Positions 8,789 through 17,225 of a stretch of DNA of 64,000 bases are shown piece after piece. The stretch is from the IMG/VR virus record IMGVR_UViG_3300031578_000014. The stretch is one strand, 5' to 3'. Below the pieces are notes generated by a model. It saw only the letters and a program-made list of their open reading frames with translations. It was not told where the DNA came from and did no database searches. The translations under genes were made by a program, and so were the position numbers. This DNA is from a virus. Position 1 is the stretch's first letter. Each line of letters starts with the position of its first letter.

Positions 8789-9985
8789 ATGAGAATCCTA
8801 CACTTTGCCGACCTACAACTGGGCGTAGAGACCTACGGAAGACCTAACGGGAAAACGGGACTGAATACTCGGGTCGAGGACTTTCTGCGGGTACTGGACA
8901 CTGTGATCGACCACGCCCTGGGTTGCGGGGTTGACCTGGTTCTGTTCTGTGGGGACGCCTTCGAGTACAAGACCCCCACGATGACCGTCCAGAGAGAGTT
9001 CGCATCTAGGGTGAAACGGCTCTCCGACGGGGGAGTGCCTACGATTCTAGTAGTGGGCAACCACGACCTCCCCGCGGCTATGGGCAAGGCTCATACCGTG
9101 GAGATCTTCCGGACCCTAGACGTGCCGGGGGTGATCATAGCCGACAAACCCGGAACGCACATCGTAGAGACGAAGTCGGGACCGGCGCAGGTGGTGACTA
9201 TCCCCTGGCCGTTGACCAGTCACCTGCTGACCCGGGAGGACGTGAAGGGGATGAATCCCGAGGAGATCAATGAACTGATCGCGGACGTGATAGGGAAGTG
9301 CATCAAGGAAGAGGCAGCCAAGCTGAATCCTGATCACGTTTCCATCCTGGCGGCACATCTAGCCGTGTTCGGCGGGTCCTACGGGTCACAACGAAGCGTA
9401 ATGCTGGGCAGCGAAGTCGTACTACCGCTGGACTCCGTATCGCTACCTCAGTTCGACTACGTCGCTCTCGGGCACCTCCACCGATACCAGGTGTTGAAGG
9501 ACAGCCCGCCGGTGATCTATTCAGGGAGCCTGGAGCGGGTAGACTTTGGAGAGGAGACGGAAGAGAAAGGCTTCATAGTCGTGGACATCGACTCCAGTAC
9601 CCAGATTCAGTTCGTGCCCCTGAACGCCCGAAGGTTTCTGACCATCGATGTCTCAGTAGAGGGGGCAGACCCTACAGCGCAGGTGCTGGAGGAGATCGGC
9701 AAGCACAACCTGGAAGAGACGGTCATTCGGCTGATCATTCGGGGCGACGAAGAGACGGCGCTCGGGCTCCGAGAAGGGGAGATTCAGCAAGCATTAGCGG
9801 GGGCGCACTACGTAGCCCCTATCATCAAGGATACACGAAGAACTACCCGCCTGCGGTTGGGCGACAGACCCTACGAGGAGATGACGCCCCTAGAGCTCTT
9901 AGAGACCTATCTGCAGTCGATAGGTACGGTGCCGGAGCGGATCGAGGTATTGGCAAGGGCAGCGGAAGAGTTGATGGCGGCATGA
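8789..9985 (+). CDS. sbcD: SbcD/Mre11-like nuclease (calcineurin-like phosphoesterase)
   Basis: ILHFADLQLG, CGDAFE, VVGNHD, LAAHL, GHLHR phosphoesterase motifs. Confidence 0.9.
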   Translation: MRILHFADLQLGVETYGRPNGKTGLNTRVEDFLRVLDTVIDHALGCGVDLVLFCGDAFEYKTPTMTVQREFASRVKRLSDGGVPTILVVGNHDLPAAMGKAHTVEIFRTLDVPGVIIADKPGTHIVETKSGPAQVVTIPWPLTSHLLTREDVKGMNPEEINELIADVIGKCIKEEAAKLNPDHVSILAAHLAVFGGSYGSQRSVMLGSEVVLPLDSVSLPQFDYVALGHLHRYQVLKDSPPVIYSGSLERVDFGEETEEKGFIVVDIDSSTQIQFVPLNARRFLTIDVSVEGADPTAQVLEEIGKHNLEETVIRLIIRGDEETALGLREGEIQQALAGAHYVAPIIKDTRRTTRLRLGDRPYEEMTPLELLETYLQSIGTVPERIEVLARAAEELMAA

Positions 9986-10016
9986 TACCCGCCCTAACTA
10001 ATGAGGAGGTAACACG

Positions 10017-10406
10017 ATGACAATCCAGGAGAAAGCGATAGCTGCGTGGCACGAGCACTTGGAACAGGTAGGTGTAGACGAGGAAAGGCTTAGCGAGGAA
10101 GCCTTGAAGAGACAAGAGGAAACGGCCAAGGTAGTCGCCACCAAGTTTGAGGCTTGGTATGGGGAGCCTGCTGACAGAATAGAGGCGTCCCCGTACTTTG
10201 ATACCGCTAAGATAGAATACGGCGGACTCAGACTGAACGGCTACGTCGATAATCCCAAGGAATTCTACCTGACGCTACACGGGATCTGCCCAAAGTGCGA
10301 AAGGGAGGAGCAGTCGGATACCTTCACGACGCTGTGGGAACTCGGCCGTCTGCTAGAAGAGGGCTTTGCTCCCGCAGAGTTCCACGAGTGCGGGGCAGAA
10401 GAGTAG
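10017..10406 (+). CDS. hypothetical protein
   Basis: Track ORF with GAGGAGG RBS; CPKCE motif. Confidence 0.6.
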   Translation: MTIQEKAIAAWHEHLEQVGVDEERLSEEALKRQEETAKVVATKFEAWYGEPADRIEASPYFDTAKIEYGGLRLNGYVDNPKEFYLTLHGICPKCEREEQSDTFTTLWELGRLLEEGFAPAEFHECGAEE

Positions 10407-10630
10407 GAATAGAGGCGGCGGCATGATAATCTGCCCCGTTCGCGACGTAGGTTTGACCATCGGTCCGCCAGTGCTGGCCGATTGGGAGAACGCTGGCTCA
10501 GGCGGCGGGGCGGCATAACGGGGGCGGCGGCGTGGCGCTTATGACACGCACCCGTAGACCGAGGGTGGCCTGAGCAATATCGGTCCGAAGAGAAGGCCAT
10601 TAGCTGGGTGAAAGACCAGCCCGCCCCCAC

Positions 10631-10667
10631 TTGAAGGAATCGCCTCTCACTTTACTTTAACAATCAG
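10631..10667 (+). promoter_or_regulatory. sigma70-like phage promoter, family copy 2
   Basis: TTGAAGGAATCGCCTCTCACTTTACTTTAACAATCAG immediately upstream of the RBS/ATG at 10677. Confidence 0.55.
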
Positions 10668-10676
10668 GAGGGAGCG

Positions 10677-10928
10677 ATGGAAAGAACACTGAGCTACAAG
10701 GAAATGAGAGTTCTGGCAACGGAACCGCAACCCGAGGGCGTGATCATCGCAGACGCGGTAGACGAACTGATGGAAGGGTACGAACGGGACGAGGCAACCC
10801 TTCTGGAGGAAAGGAAGGCAATGGCTGCCGAGATCGTCAGCGAGAAGATAGAAGTCTGCAAGGCGGTCCTCGCGGACATTGAGGACCGCTACGGGTATGT
10901 GCCATTGAGGAGGGAGCGATGCCTATAG
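10677..10928 (+). CDS. hypothetical protein
   Basis: Track ORF, AGGAGGGAGCG RBS. Confidence 0.6.
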   Translation: MERTLSYKEMRVLATEPQPEGVIIADAVDELMEGYERDEATLLEERKAMAAEIVSEKIEVCKAVLADIEDRYGYVPLRRERCL

Positions 10929-11905
10929 AGGGGATGGAAGAGGTGGAACAGCTTCAACGGCTGGGCCACATCAGGAGGGGATACCAGACGCAGGTCACTG
11001 GCCAGGACGGTAAACCGAAAACAAAGCCAGTGGCGACGTCATACTTCATCGTGCCCCCCGAGGTTGAAGAGCACCTGAAGGCCGAGGGCTGGATCAAGGA
11101 CGGCGAAAAGCCGACCGTGCTACCTATCCATTTTCTGCTGGAGTTGGACAAAGCATTGCCCCATTTTCTCATGCAATTCGCCGGAAGTGGCAAGCTCCGC
11201 TGCTCGGGGGATGGTGCCGCGGTGTGGTTCAGGAAGTGGATGGAGAAAGAGGGCGGGAAGTGGAATGTCCAGACGCTAATCTTCGACCGTGTGGCGCGGT
11301 GGGACGCGATCACGGACCGTATGACCGAGGTCTGGAAGCGAGAGTATGGCACCGCGGAGCGGTATGGCGGGGAGGCGGGCAACACGTTTGTATGCCTCAA
11401 AGAGGAATGCCCGCAGTTCAAAAAGCGATCCTGCAAACCGACCGGATTCCTCAAGTTCGGAATCGAGGGACTGGAGCGCCAGGGCTACTATCAGATGGTC
11501 GTGCATCAATCGGCCCTGCGCCCCCTCTACTCGCAGCTCAGGTGGGCGAGGGATCTCATTGAGCAGTATTTGGGAAGGCCGACGATCCTCCACGCGTCCT
11601 ATGTGATGACCATGCGCGGACCTGAGAAGATGAACATCGGCGGCAGGCCAACGGATGTATGGACGCCCTGGGTGGAACTGGAGCCGACGTGGCTGAAGAA
11701 GGCCAAGGCGGGCCGGGTGAAACTACCCTGCGCGCCGCAGATCAGAATCACGGACATCTACAACGGGGACGGGATCCCCGGGATTCAGATGGAAGACGCA
11801 TTGGACATGCCGCCGGAAGTGATGGAAGACCTGAACTACGAACCTGAGGAAGAAGATGAGATCGCTGTATCGCCTGAGGAGGTTCCTAGCCCTGCGGGCG
11901 CCTAA
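10919..11905 (+). CDS. hypothetical protein (early region, function unassigned)
   Basis: Track ORF, GAGGAGGGAGCG RBS; acidic C-terminal tail; no motif I can name. Confidence 0.6.
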   Translation: MPIEGMEEVEQLQRLGHIRRGYQTQVTGQDGKPKTKPVATSYFIVPPEVEEHLKAEGWIKDGEKPTVLPIHFLLELDKALPHFLMQFAGSGKLRCSGDGAAVWFRKWMEKEGGKWNVQTLIFDRVARWDAITDRMTEVWKREYGTAERYGGEAGNTFVCLKEECPQFKKRSCKPTGFLKFGIEGLERQGYYQMVVHQSALRPLYSQLRWARDLIEQYLGRPTILHASYVMTMRGPEKMNIGGRPTDVWTPWVELEPTWLKKAKAGRVKLPCAPQIRITDIYNGDGIPGIQMEDALDMPPEVMEDLNYEPEEEDEIAVSPEEVPSPAGA

Positions 11906-12088
11906 TTGGCTACTAGCCAAGGAACTGCGGTTGCTCTGGAAGCGGCTATGGGAGTGGGTGGAATGACTACCCGCCTGACGCCTAAAGACATCATCATCGC
12001 TGCATTCATCTCCATAGGTCTGTGTCTGCAATTCATTATGGCACTAATCAGGGGATTTCTGACAGAGGAGACTACCGATGAGGAATGA
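11906..12088 (+). CDS. small membrane protein (start uncertain; ATG 11948 or 11963 possible)
   Basis: Hydrophobic IIIAAFISIGLCLQFIMALI segment; TTG start in track. Confidence 0.4.
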   Translation: MATSQGTAVALEAAMGVGGMTTRLTPKDIIIAAFISIGLCLQFIMALIRGFLTEETTDEE

Positions 12089-12428
12089 GGAAACACTACG
12101 AAAGGCACTGAGTCTGTACGAGCAGCTTAGAGACCTGTCCTATGACATGGGGTACTATTCAGCCTGTGCAGAGAAGACGGAAGATAAGAAGTACGAGTCA
12201 CTGCACACTGACGCTATAGCCAAGCGCAACAAGCTCACGCGCAAGATGGCGGCTGCCCTCGATGCTACCGCTGGTGACACGGAGATGGACCAACTAAGGA
12301 AGTGGATAGAGAGTGAACAGAAATACTACACGGTGAACGACGACGGCTCTGTAACGGATTATTCGGGTGCCTACGGGACAATCTTAGACCGCATCCGCAC
12401 CAAGTTCGGCTACGGAGAGAAGCCATGA
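12078..12428 (+). CDS. hypothetical protein, 'M(S/R)NEE(R/T)LR' paralog 1
   Basis: N-terminus MRNEETLRKAL..LRDLSYD shared with 12425.. and 13409.. Confidence 0.6.
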   Translation: MRNEETLRKALSLYEQLRDLSYDMGYYSACAEKTEDKKYESLHTDAIAKRNKLTRKMAAALDATAGDTEMDQLRKWIESEQKYYTVNDDGSVTDYSGAYGTILDRIRTKFGYGEKP

Positions 12429-12715
12429 GCAATGAGGAGCGGCTGAGGACAGTAGCGAAGGAAGCGTTCATTATGCTGCGGGACGTATCCTACGACCAGT
12501 ATGAGCCAGAGGAAGTCGAGGAGATGATGGGCAAGCTTGAAACGACCATCACCGAGACCGCCGACGGCCCGCAGTTGGACCGGCTGGTGGAGTGGCTGGA
12601 GGAGAAGAGGATGACGCCGGCCAACACACCGGGAGACCGGGGCTGGGAGTCGGCATTTACGGTAGTGCTCCACCACATCCGCGAGATGCAGCAAGCCGGA
12701 GGACGCCTTGATTGA
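12425..12715 (+). CDS. hypothetical protein, 'MSNEERLR' paralog 2
   Basis: MSNEERLR.., LDRLVEWLEE, HHIREMQ shared with 13409..13726. Confidence 0.6.
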   Translation: MSNEERLRTVAKEAFIMLRDVSYDQYEPEEVEEMMGKLETTITETADGPQLDRLVEWLEEKRMTPANTPGDRGWESAFTVVLHHIREMQQAGGRLD

Positions 12716-12893
12716 GCTGGAGATCATCCTGACGGGCGTAGTGGCGGAGAAGATTCAGCAGATCGCCGAGAGGTTGGGTTTACGCGTGGAAACTGTAGTA
12801 GTGATGGCGTGCCAGAAATACGTGAAGTGGGTGGACCAAAGAGGGTTACCCCGCATCACGGGGGTAAGGATGAATGACTCCGATATGCGTTGA
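12708..12893 (+). CDS. small protein, possibly ribbon-helix-helix-like
   Basis: TTG start; short strand + two helices pattern (EKIQQIAERLG, ETVVVMACQKY); weak. Confidence 0.35.
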   Translation: MIELEIILTGVVAEKIQQIAERLGLRVETVVVMACQKYVKWVDQRGLPRITGVRMNDSDMR

Positions 12894-12993
12894 TTGCTAT
12901 AGAAGTGTATTGCCGGCTGATACGGTCTTGGGGGTTGTGCTGATAGTTCTGGCGCTTGCATATCTGATCTGGCAGGTCAGGAGGCTCCGATAG
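12874..12993 (+). CDS. 39-aa membrane peptide
   Basis: MTPICVDCYRSVLPADTVLGVVLIVLALAYLIWQVRRLR read from sequence; below track cutoff. Confidence 0.35.
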   Translation: MTPICVDCYRSVLPADTVLGVVLIVLALAYLIWQVRRLR

Positions 12994-12999
12994 GGACGT

Positions 13000-13314
13000 A
13001 TGACCGCAGAGATCATCACCGAAATCAAAGCTATCAGGGCAGACCTCTCGGGAGATGCAACGTCGGCTCAGATGGGCTTGATAATGCACCTCACCCGAGA
13101 TGCTACGCTTGACTGCCACTGGGACGATAACCCTATCGTAGAGAGTATCTTTGGTGATAGCCGGGTAAGCGAGTTGAGCAAGGCGGACGCCAGCCGGTTC
13201 ATCGACTACTTTGGCCGCAAGGGAGAGGACGGCTGGGAAGTCCAGCACGTGGAGCAGATGTCGGTCCTATGGCATGAATTCATGAAGCGTCAAGGGCAAC
13301 AGGAGCTATTCTGA
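13000..13314 (+). CDS. hypothetical protein
   Basis: Track ORF. Confidence 0.55.
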   Translation: MTAEIITEIKAIRADLSGDATSAQMGLIMHLTRDATLDCHWDDNPIVESIFGDSRVSELSKADASRFIDYFGRKGEDGWEVQHVEQMSVLWHEFMKRQGQQELF

Positions 13315-13412
13315 TGAGAAGGCTTCAGGACATCCTAATCGCTATCATCACGCCGTTCGGCCAGCTCGTCCAGTTCATCGGCGCGCTGCTGAGAGTGAGG
13401 AGGAAGCCATGA
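13314..13412 (+). CDS. 32-aa hydrophobic peptide
   Basis: MRRLQDILIAIITPFGQLVQFIGALLRVRRKP; ATGA overlaps at both ends. Confidence 0.3.
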   Translation: MRRLQDILIAIITPFGQLVQFIGALLRVRRKP

Positions 13413-13726
13413 GCAATGAGGAGCGGCTGAGGAAGGCGCTTAACTGGCTCATGCACTTGCATCACGGGGTGAGCAAGGGCGGTGAAGAGACAAGCCCGCC
13501 AAGTGACGATGAATGGAAGCAGTGCCTACAGGAGGCCGAAGACGTGCTCAACGCCACTGCTGGTCGCCCTGAGATGGACCGGCTGGTGGAGTGGCTGCAA
13601 TCTCTCATGGACGAAGCACAGAAGCATACGCCGCCCGGCTTCGAGATGATGTTTCCTGCGGTACTTGTGAGCGACGTCCTGGAGCACATCCGCGAGATGC
13701 AAACGGGGCCGGGACACTCTAACTAG
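13409..13726 (+). CDS. hypothetical protein, 'MSNEERLR' paralog 3
   Basis: MSNEERLRKAL.., MDRLVEWLQS, EHIREMQ. Confidence 0.6.
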   Translation: MSNEERLRKALNWLMHLHHGVSKGGEETSPPSDDEWKQCLQEAEDVLNATAGRPEMDRLVEWLQSLMDEAQKHTPPGFEMMFPAVLVSDVLEHIREMQTGPGHSN

Positions 13727-13780
13727 GAGGTCTATCTGAGTCCGGTTGGGGATCACCACCCGGCCCCGAGAGGAGAGAGG

Positions 13781-14449
13781 ATGGATAAGCAACAGATACG
13801 GAGTCACTTTGAGGAACGCGCCCTAGATTTGGGTAGCAATGAGTGGAGTGTTAGGGAGCTTGAACTAGACTACATCTGTGAGACCATCGCCGTCCAGCAC
13901 GAGGAGGATGTAGCGAGCTTGGTAGCGGTTCGTGATATGTACGCCATAGAGATAGAGGGTCTACAGGCGCAGGTGGCGCAGGTGGCGGTGATGGCTACAG
14001 CGATAACCGATGTGCTAGAGCGGCGTGGACGTGGAGACAGTTGGCTCGGAGAGACACTAAGGGCTGCCCTCTCCGCTGCCCCGAAGGTGGTGTGGCACGG
14101 AATGGCAAAAACAAGGTTCAATGTTCATGGAACGCCTGTGTTTTTCTTGCCAGGAGACGCCAAGGTAGTGAGCGGCCATGTTGTATTCATTCAGGCATCG
14201 AGTGTGGAAGAGTTCGAGAATATCCGCAGCGATGGCCATGTCGATGTCTTTGTCGTAGAGTATCCACCCAAGGGCGAACAGGCCCCGGATACCGTACAGT
14301 GTTCACGGCGCCCCGAACAACCCCAAGAGAGCGAACAGGGCTACAAGCTAGCTAGGGGCGTGCTTCCGTGGGATGAGAGCGGCGAACGACCAGAGGACGT
14401 GATAGCACGGCTCAGAGGTAGGCCAACAGAGAGTGAACAGAAATCATGA
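13781..14449 (+). CDS. hypothetical protein
   Basis: Track ORF, GAGAGGAGAGAGG RBS. Confidence 0.6.
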   Translation: MDKQQIRSHFEERALDLGSNEWSVRELELDYICETIAVQHEEDVASLVAVRDMYAIEIEGLQAQVAQVAVMATAITDVLERRGRGDSWLGETLRAALSAAPKVVWHGMAKTRFNVHGTPVFFLPGDAKVVSGHVVFIQASSVEEFENIRSDGHVDVFVVEYPPKGEQAPDTVQCSRRPEQPQESEQGYKLARGVLPWDESGERPEDVIARLRGRPTESEQKS

Positions 14450-14613
14450 TAGCGTTCTTCGTAGGACTATGTTGCATTGCTTGTATACTCGATATGATTT
14501 CCTGCGCGACTACCGGAGATGAACGGGATAACAACCGGGTACTCTGGGCACTGCGGCTGTTGGCAGTGGCTAGTATGGCAGCGGTCTTACTACAAATGCT
14601 GGCGGGAAGTTGA
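14446..14613 (+). CDS. 55-aa two-TM membrane peptide
   Basis: MIAFFVGLCCIACILDMI...LRLLAVASMAAVLLQMLAGS; ATGA overlap with upstream stop. Confidence 0.35.
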   Translation: MIAFFVGLCCIACILDMISCATTGDERDNNRVLWALRLLAVASMAAVLLQMLAGS

Positions 14614-14629
14614 CAGCGAATAGGAGGGG

Positions 14630-14905
14630 ATGATGGACGGGCTGGATGCAATCAAGGATCTCGCAGTCAGGGCCGGGAAGTTTCAGGCTGAGTTAGACGA
14701 GATGGGCTGCGGCGATCCGCTGAAGAAGGAGAACGCCGAACTCCGCCGCCAGCTTACAATCTGCCAAGACGAACTAATCGAGGCAAGAGATGCGTTTGTC
14801 CAGTTTGACTATGACAAGATACAAGAAGAGGTAGACTTGCTTCGTCGAGAGAACAAACGCCTACGCAAGAGGATGATAGGCATGGTGCCGCTAGGGAGGT
14901 CGTGA
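14630..14905 (+). CDS. coiled-coil hypothetical protein
   Basis: Track ORF, GGAGGGG RBS. Confidence 0.55.
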   Translation: MMDGLDAIKDLAVRAGKFQAELDEMGCGDPLKKENAELRRQLTICQDELIEARDAFVQFDYDKIQEEVDLLRRENKRLRKRMIGMVPLGRS

Positions 14906-14918
14906 CGGGGATGGTGAG

Positions 14919-15758
14919 ATGAGAGAGAATACCAAGGTACTGATTGAGGAAGCGCATCGGGTGCTGGCGTCTCATCATCCAATGACCTTGCGCCAAGTCT
15001 TCTACCGCTTGGTGGCAGCGCAGGTCATTGAGAACAGACAGAACCGGTACAAGTCCCTGTCTCGGACCTTGGTGCGGGCTAGACAGGAAGGGATGATACC
15101 CTGGGAGTGGATAGAGGATCGCCTGCGGATTCCAAGGGAGGTCGGCATGTGGGGCGACCTGGCTGCTTTTGGTCGGGCAGTCATCAAGGGCTATCGGAGA
15201 GACGTGTGGGCCAATCAGGCAGACTATATTGAGGTCTGGCTTGAAAAGGACGCGCTCTCAGGGATCTTCGAGAGGGCATTGAGGCCCTATGGTGTGACGC
15301 TCAATGTGGGGCGGGGCTACGATAGCTGGTCGTCTATATGCTCCGCGAGCCAACGCTACGAAACAGAACGCGCCGAAGGCGGCGCGGATACGACAATCCT
15401 CTACTTCGGCGACTTCGACCCATCGGGCGAAGACATGGTGCGCTCCCTCGAGGAACGGCTTGGCTTCTTCGGTTGCTGGCCGACGATCTTTAAGATAGCG
15501 ATCACCGCCGAAGATATTGAGCGGTATGATTTGCCGCCAAACCCGGCGAAACTGAGCGATTCGCGGGCAGACAATTTCATCGCCCTTCACGGAAACAACT
15601 GCGTCGAGCTTGATGCCCTGCCCCCAGATGTATTGAGCGCGATGATTGAGCAGGAGGTCGATGGTCTGATGGATCTGGACGCCCTTGCAGAAACGCGCAA
15701 GCAAGAGAAGGAAGACATAGGCCAGCTGCGCACCTTCTTTGAGGGGCGGGTCGGATGA
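14919..15758 (+). CDS. Topo VI-A/Spo11-like protein (5Y-CAP + Toprim, 'mini-A'-like)
   Basis: TLRQVFYRLV (R..[FY]Y catalytic-Tyr-type motif), VWLEKDALSGIF (Toprim Glu), ILYFGDFDPSGEDM (DxD Toprim motif). Confidence 0.65.
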   Translation: MRENTKVLIEEAHRVLASHHPMTLRQVFYRLVAAQVIENRQNRYKSLSRTLVRARQEGMIPWEWIEDRLRIPREVGMWGDLAAFGRAVIKGYRRDVWANQADYIEVWLEKDALSGIFERALRPYGVTLNVGRGYDSWSSICSASQRYETERAEGGADTTILYFGDFDPSGEDMVRSLEERLGFFGCWPTIFKIAITAEDIERYDLPPNPAKLSDSRADNFIALHGNNCVELDALPPDVLSAMIEQEVDGLMDLDALAETRKQEKEDIGQLRTFFEGRVG

Positions 15759-16129
15759 GGCTGTCTAGCGGAGGCATTCGCTCTGATCTAGGCATCTTTG
15801 TGCGCTCTTCCTGGGAGGCAAATTACTGCAGGTATTTGAACTGGCTAGCCAGCCTTGGCGAGATCCAGGGATGGGAATACGAACCAGAGACCTTTGAGTT
15901 TGACGCAATCAAAAGGGGAACACGCTCATACACGCCAGACTTCAAAGTGACTAATCTGGATGGCTCCGTGGAGTACCACGAGGTCAAGGGCTGGATGGAT
16001 CCTAAGAGCAGCACGAAACTGAAACGAATGGCGAAGTATCATCCTGACGTCACAATCATCCTAATTGACAAGGATGCGTACTACGCGATCCGCAGGGAAT
16101 GCAAGCACCTGGTTCCGAATTGGGAATAA
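15755..16129 (+). CDS. PD-(D/E)xK nuclease (TnsA/DUF1064-like)
   Basis: YTPDFKV...VEYHEVKGW = D...E-x-K signature; ATGA overlap with upstream gene. Confidence 0.6.
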   Translation: MRLSSGGIRSDLGIFVRSSWEANYCRYLNWLASLGEIQGWEYEPETFEFDAIKRGTRSYTPDFKVTNLDGSVEYHEVKGWMDPKSSTKLKRMAKYHPDVTIILIDKDAYYAIRRECKHLVPNWE

Positions 16130-16145
16130 CGGTGGAGGGGAAGGA

Positions 16146-16328
16146 ATGAGGTACCATGTTGAGTTCACAACGGGTAAGTGGGCAGAAGGGCCGTTAGAGG
16201 ATTGGTTGAACATGAAGGCCGAGCATGGCCTTCGCTTACTGGCAACTGTGTGGGTAGACCAAGTAGGGGCCGGGACCAAGGTGATGAAACGTCTAGCCTT
16301 CATATTTGAGAAGACTGACGATGCGTAA
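16146..16328 (+). CDS. hypothetical protein
   Basis: ATG 16146 behind GGTGGAGGGGAAGGA within track ORF 16065..16328. Confidence 0.5.
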   Translation: MRYHVEFTTGKWAEGPLEDWLNMKAEHGLRLLATVWVDQVGAGTKVMKRLAFIFEKTDDA

Positions 16329-16656
16329 ATGGATCTCGGATCTAAACGCACAGGTCATAGAACGCGACGAGGAACGATGTATCCTCTGTTCTACGCCAGC
16401 GATGTATAAGCCACACCACATCGTCCCCAGGTCTAGGGGCAAGAGGTGGAGTCCGAAGCTCTGGCGCGCGGAGAATATGTGCTGCATGTGCCTCCCGCAC
16501 CACAACGACGGCCAGAAAACCTGGATGCGGATCGAACTACTCGAGAAGATGGTAGAGCTATACGACTACGACATGTCGTGGGTCAGGGAATTCGGAATCG
16601 CCTGGCCTCCGGATAAGGTAACCCGCACAGAAGAAAGGGCGTATTATTCAACTTGA
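16321..16656 (+). CDS. HNH endonuclease
   Basis: CILCS..HHIVPRS....CCMCLPHHN; ATG 16321 overlaps upstream stop. Confidence 0.75.
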   Translation: MRKWISDLNAQVIERDEERCILCSTPAMYKPHHIVPRSRGKRWSPKLWRAENMCCMCLPHHNDGQKTWMRIELLEKMVELYDYDMSWVREFGIAWPPDKVTRTEERAYYST

Positions 16657-16761
16657 CAGGCTTGCATTCTGGTATAAATTGTGATAGGATGCTGAACTAT
16701 GCACAAGCGGAGTCGAAGTAACAATCCTGCATTGACTAAAGGGGTTCGTTTGTGCTATAAT
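16653..16761 (+). promoter_or_regulatory. tandem sigma70 promoters of a moron cassette
   Basis: TTGACA(16653)-N16-TAAATT with TGG extended -10; stronger TTGACT(16732)-N18-TGCTATAAT(16756-61). Confidence 0.6.
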
Positions 16762-16772
16762 GAGAGGTACAG

Positions 16773-17024
16773 ATGGAAGGCTGCCTTCAGGACATGGAGC
16801 TTGCGTTTCTGGAGGAGTTCAATCAATGGTGGCCTTTCGCAAGGAAGCGCCTTATCGAGGGAGGTCGCGTGTACTTTCACGTAGCGCTGGAGGTAACGAA
16901 GGCAAGCAAGGGCGAGAAGGGGCCAACGTGGTTTGTGCAGGGCTCTCTAAACTCCAGCCACAAACCTGGGGGCGAAGTTATTGATTTCGTTGAACGGGCG
17001 AGACATACAAAAAGCGGTCGATGA
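16773..17024 (+). CDS. moron-encoded hypothetical protein (possible +1 continuation to 17130)
   Basis: Track ORF with GAGAGG RBS; own promoter and terminator; A5 run 17009-13 links to an open +1 frame ending 17130. Confidence 0.55.
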   Translation: MEGCLQDMELAFLEEFNQWWPFARKRLIEGGRVYFHVALEVTKASKGEKGPTWFVQGSLNSSHKPGGEVIDFVERARHTKSGR

Positions 17025-17166
17025 AGCGCGGAAGCGCGTCGGGTCCGAGCTCGCCGAACTCTTGACGGCGGAGGCCATGACAGAGGAGGAGATGGATGAA
17101 GTAGAGGAACCCACAGAAGATTCGGAATAATCATTTAACCTGATTGTCGATCTAGACAAGATAACT

Positions 17167-17207
17167 AGCGACAAGCCCGGATACTCCGGTAGCTTGTCGC
17201 TTTTTTT
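17167..17207 (+). terminator. intrinsic terminator (copy 1 of a duplicated terminator module)
   Basis: AGCGACAAGC-CCGG-atact-CCGG-ta-GCTTGTCGCT followed by T7. Confidence 0.8.
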
Positions 17208-17225
17208 ATGAAGGAGGGAGCGGTG

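Noticed and set aside
10407-10630. 270-nt intergenic stretch with GGCGGC(A/G)T and ATCGGTCCG repeats and a possible 31-aa ORF (10423..10518)
   Set aside because: I found no convincing hairpin/terminator, promoter or coding signal beyond the promoter-family copy at its 3' end. It is left unassigned.
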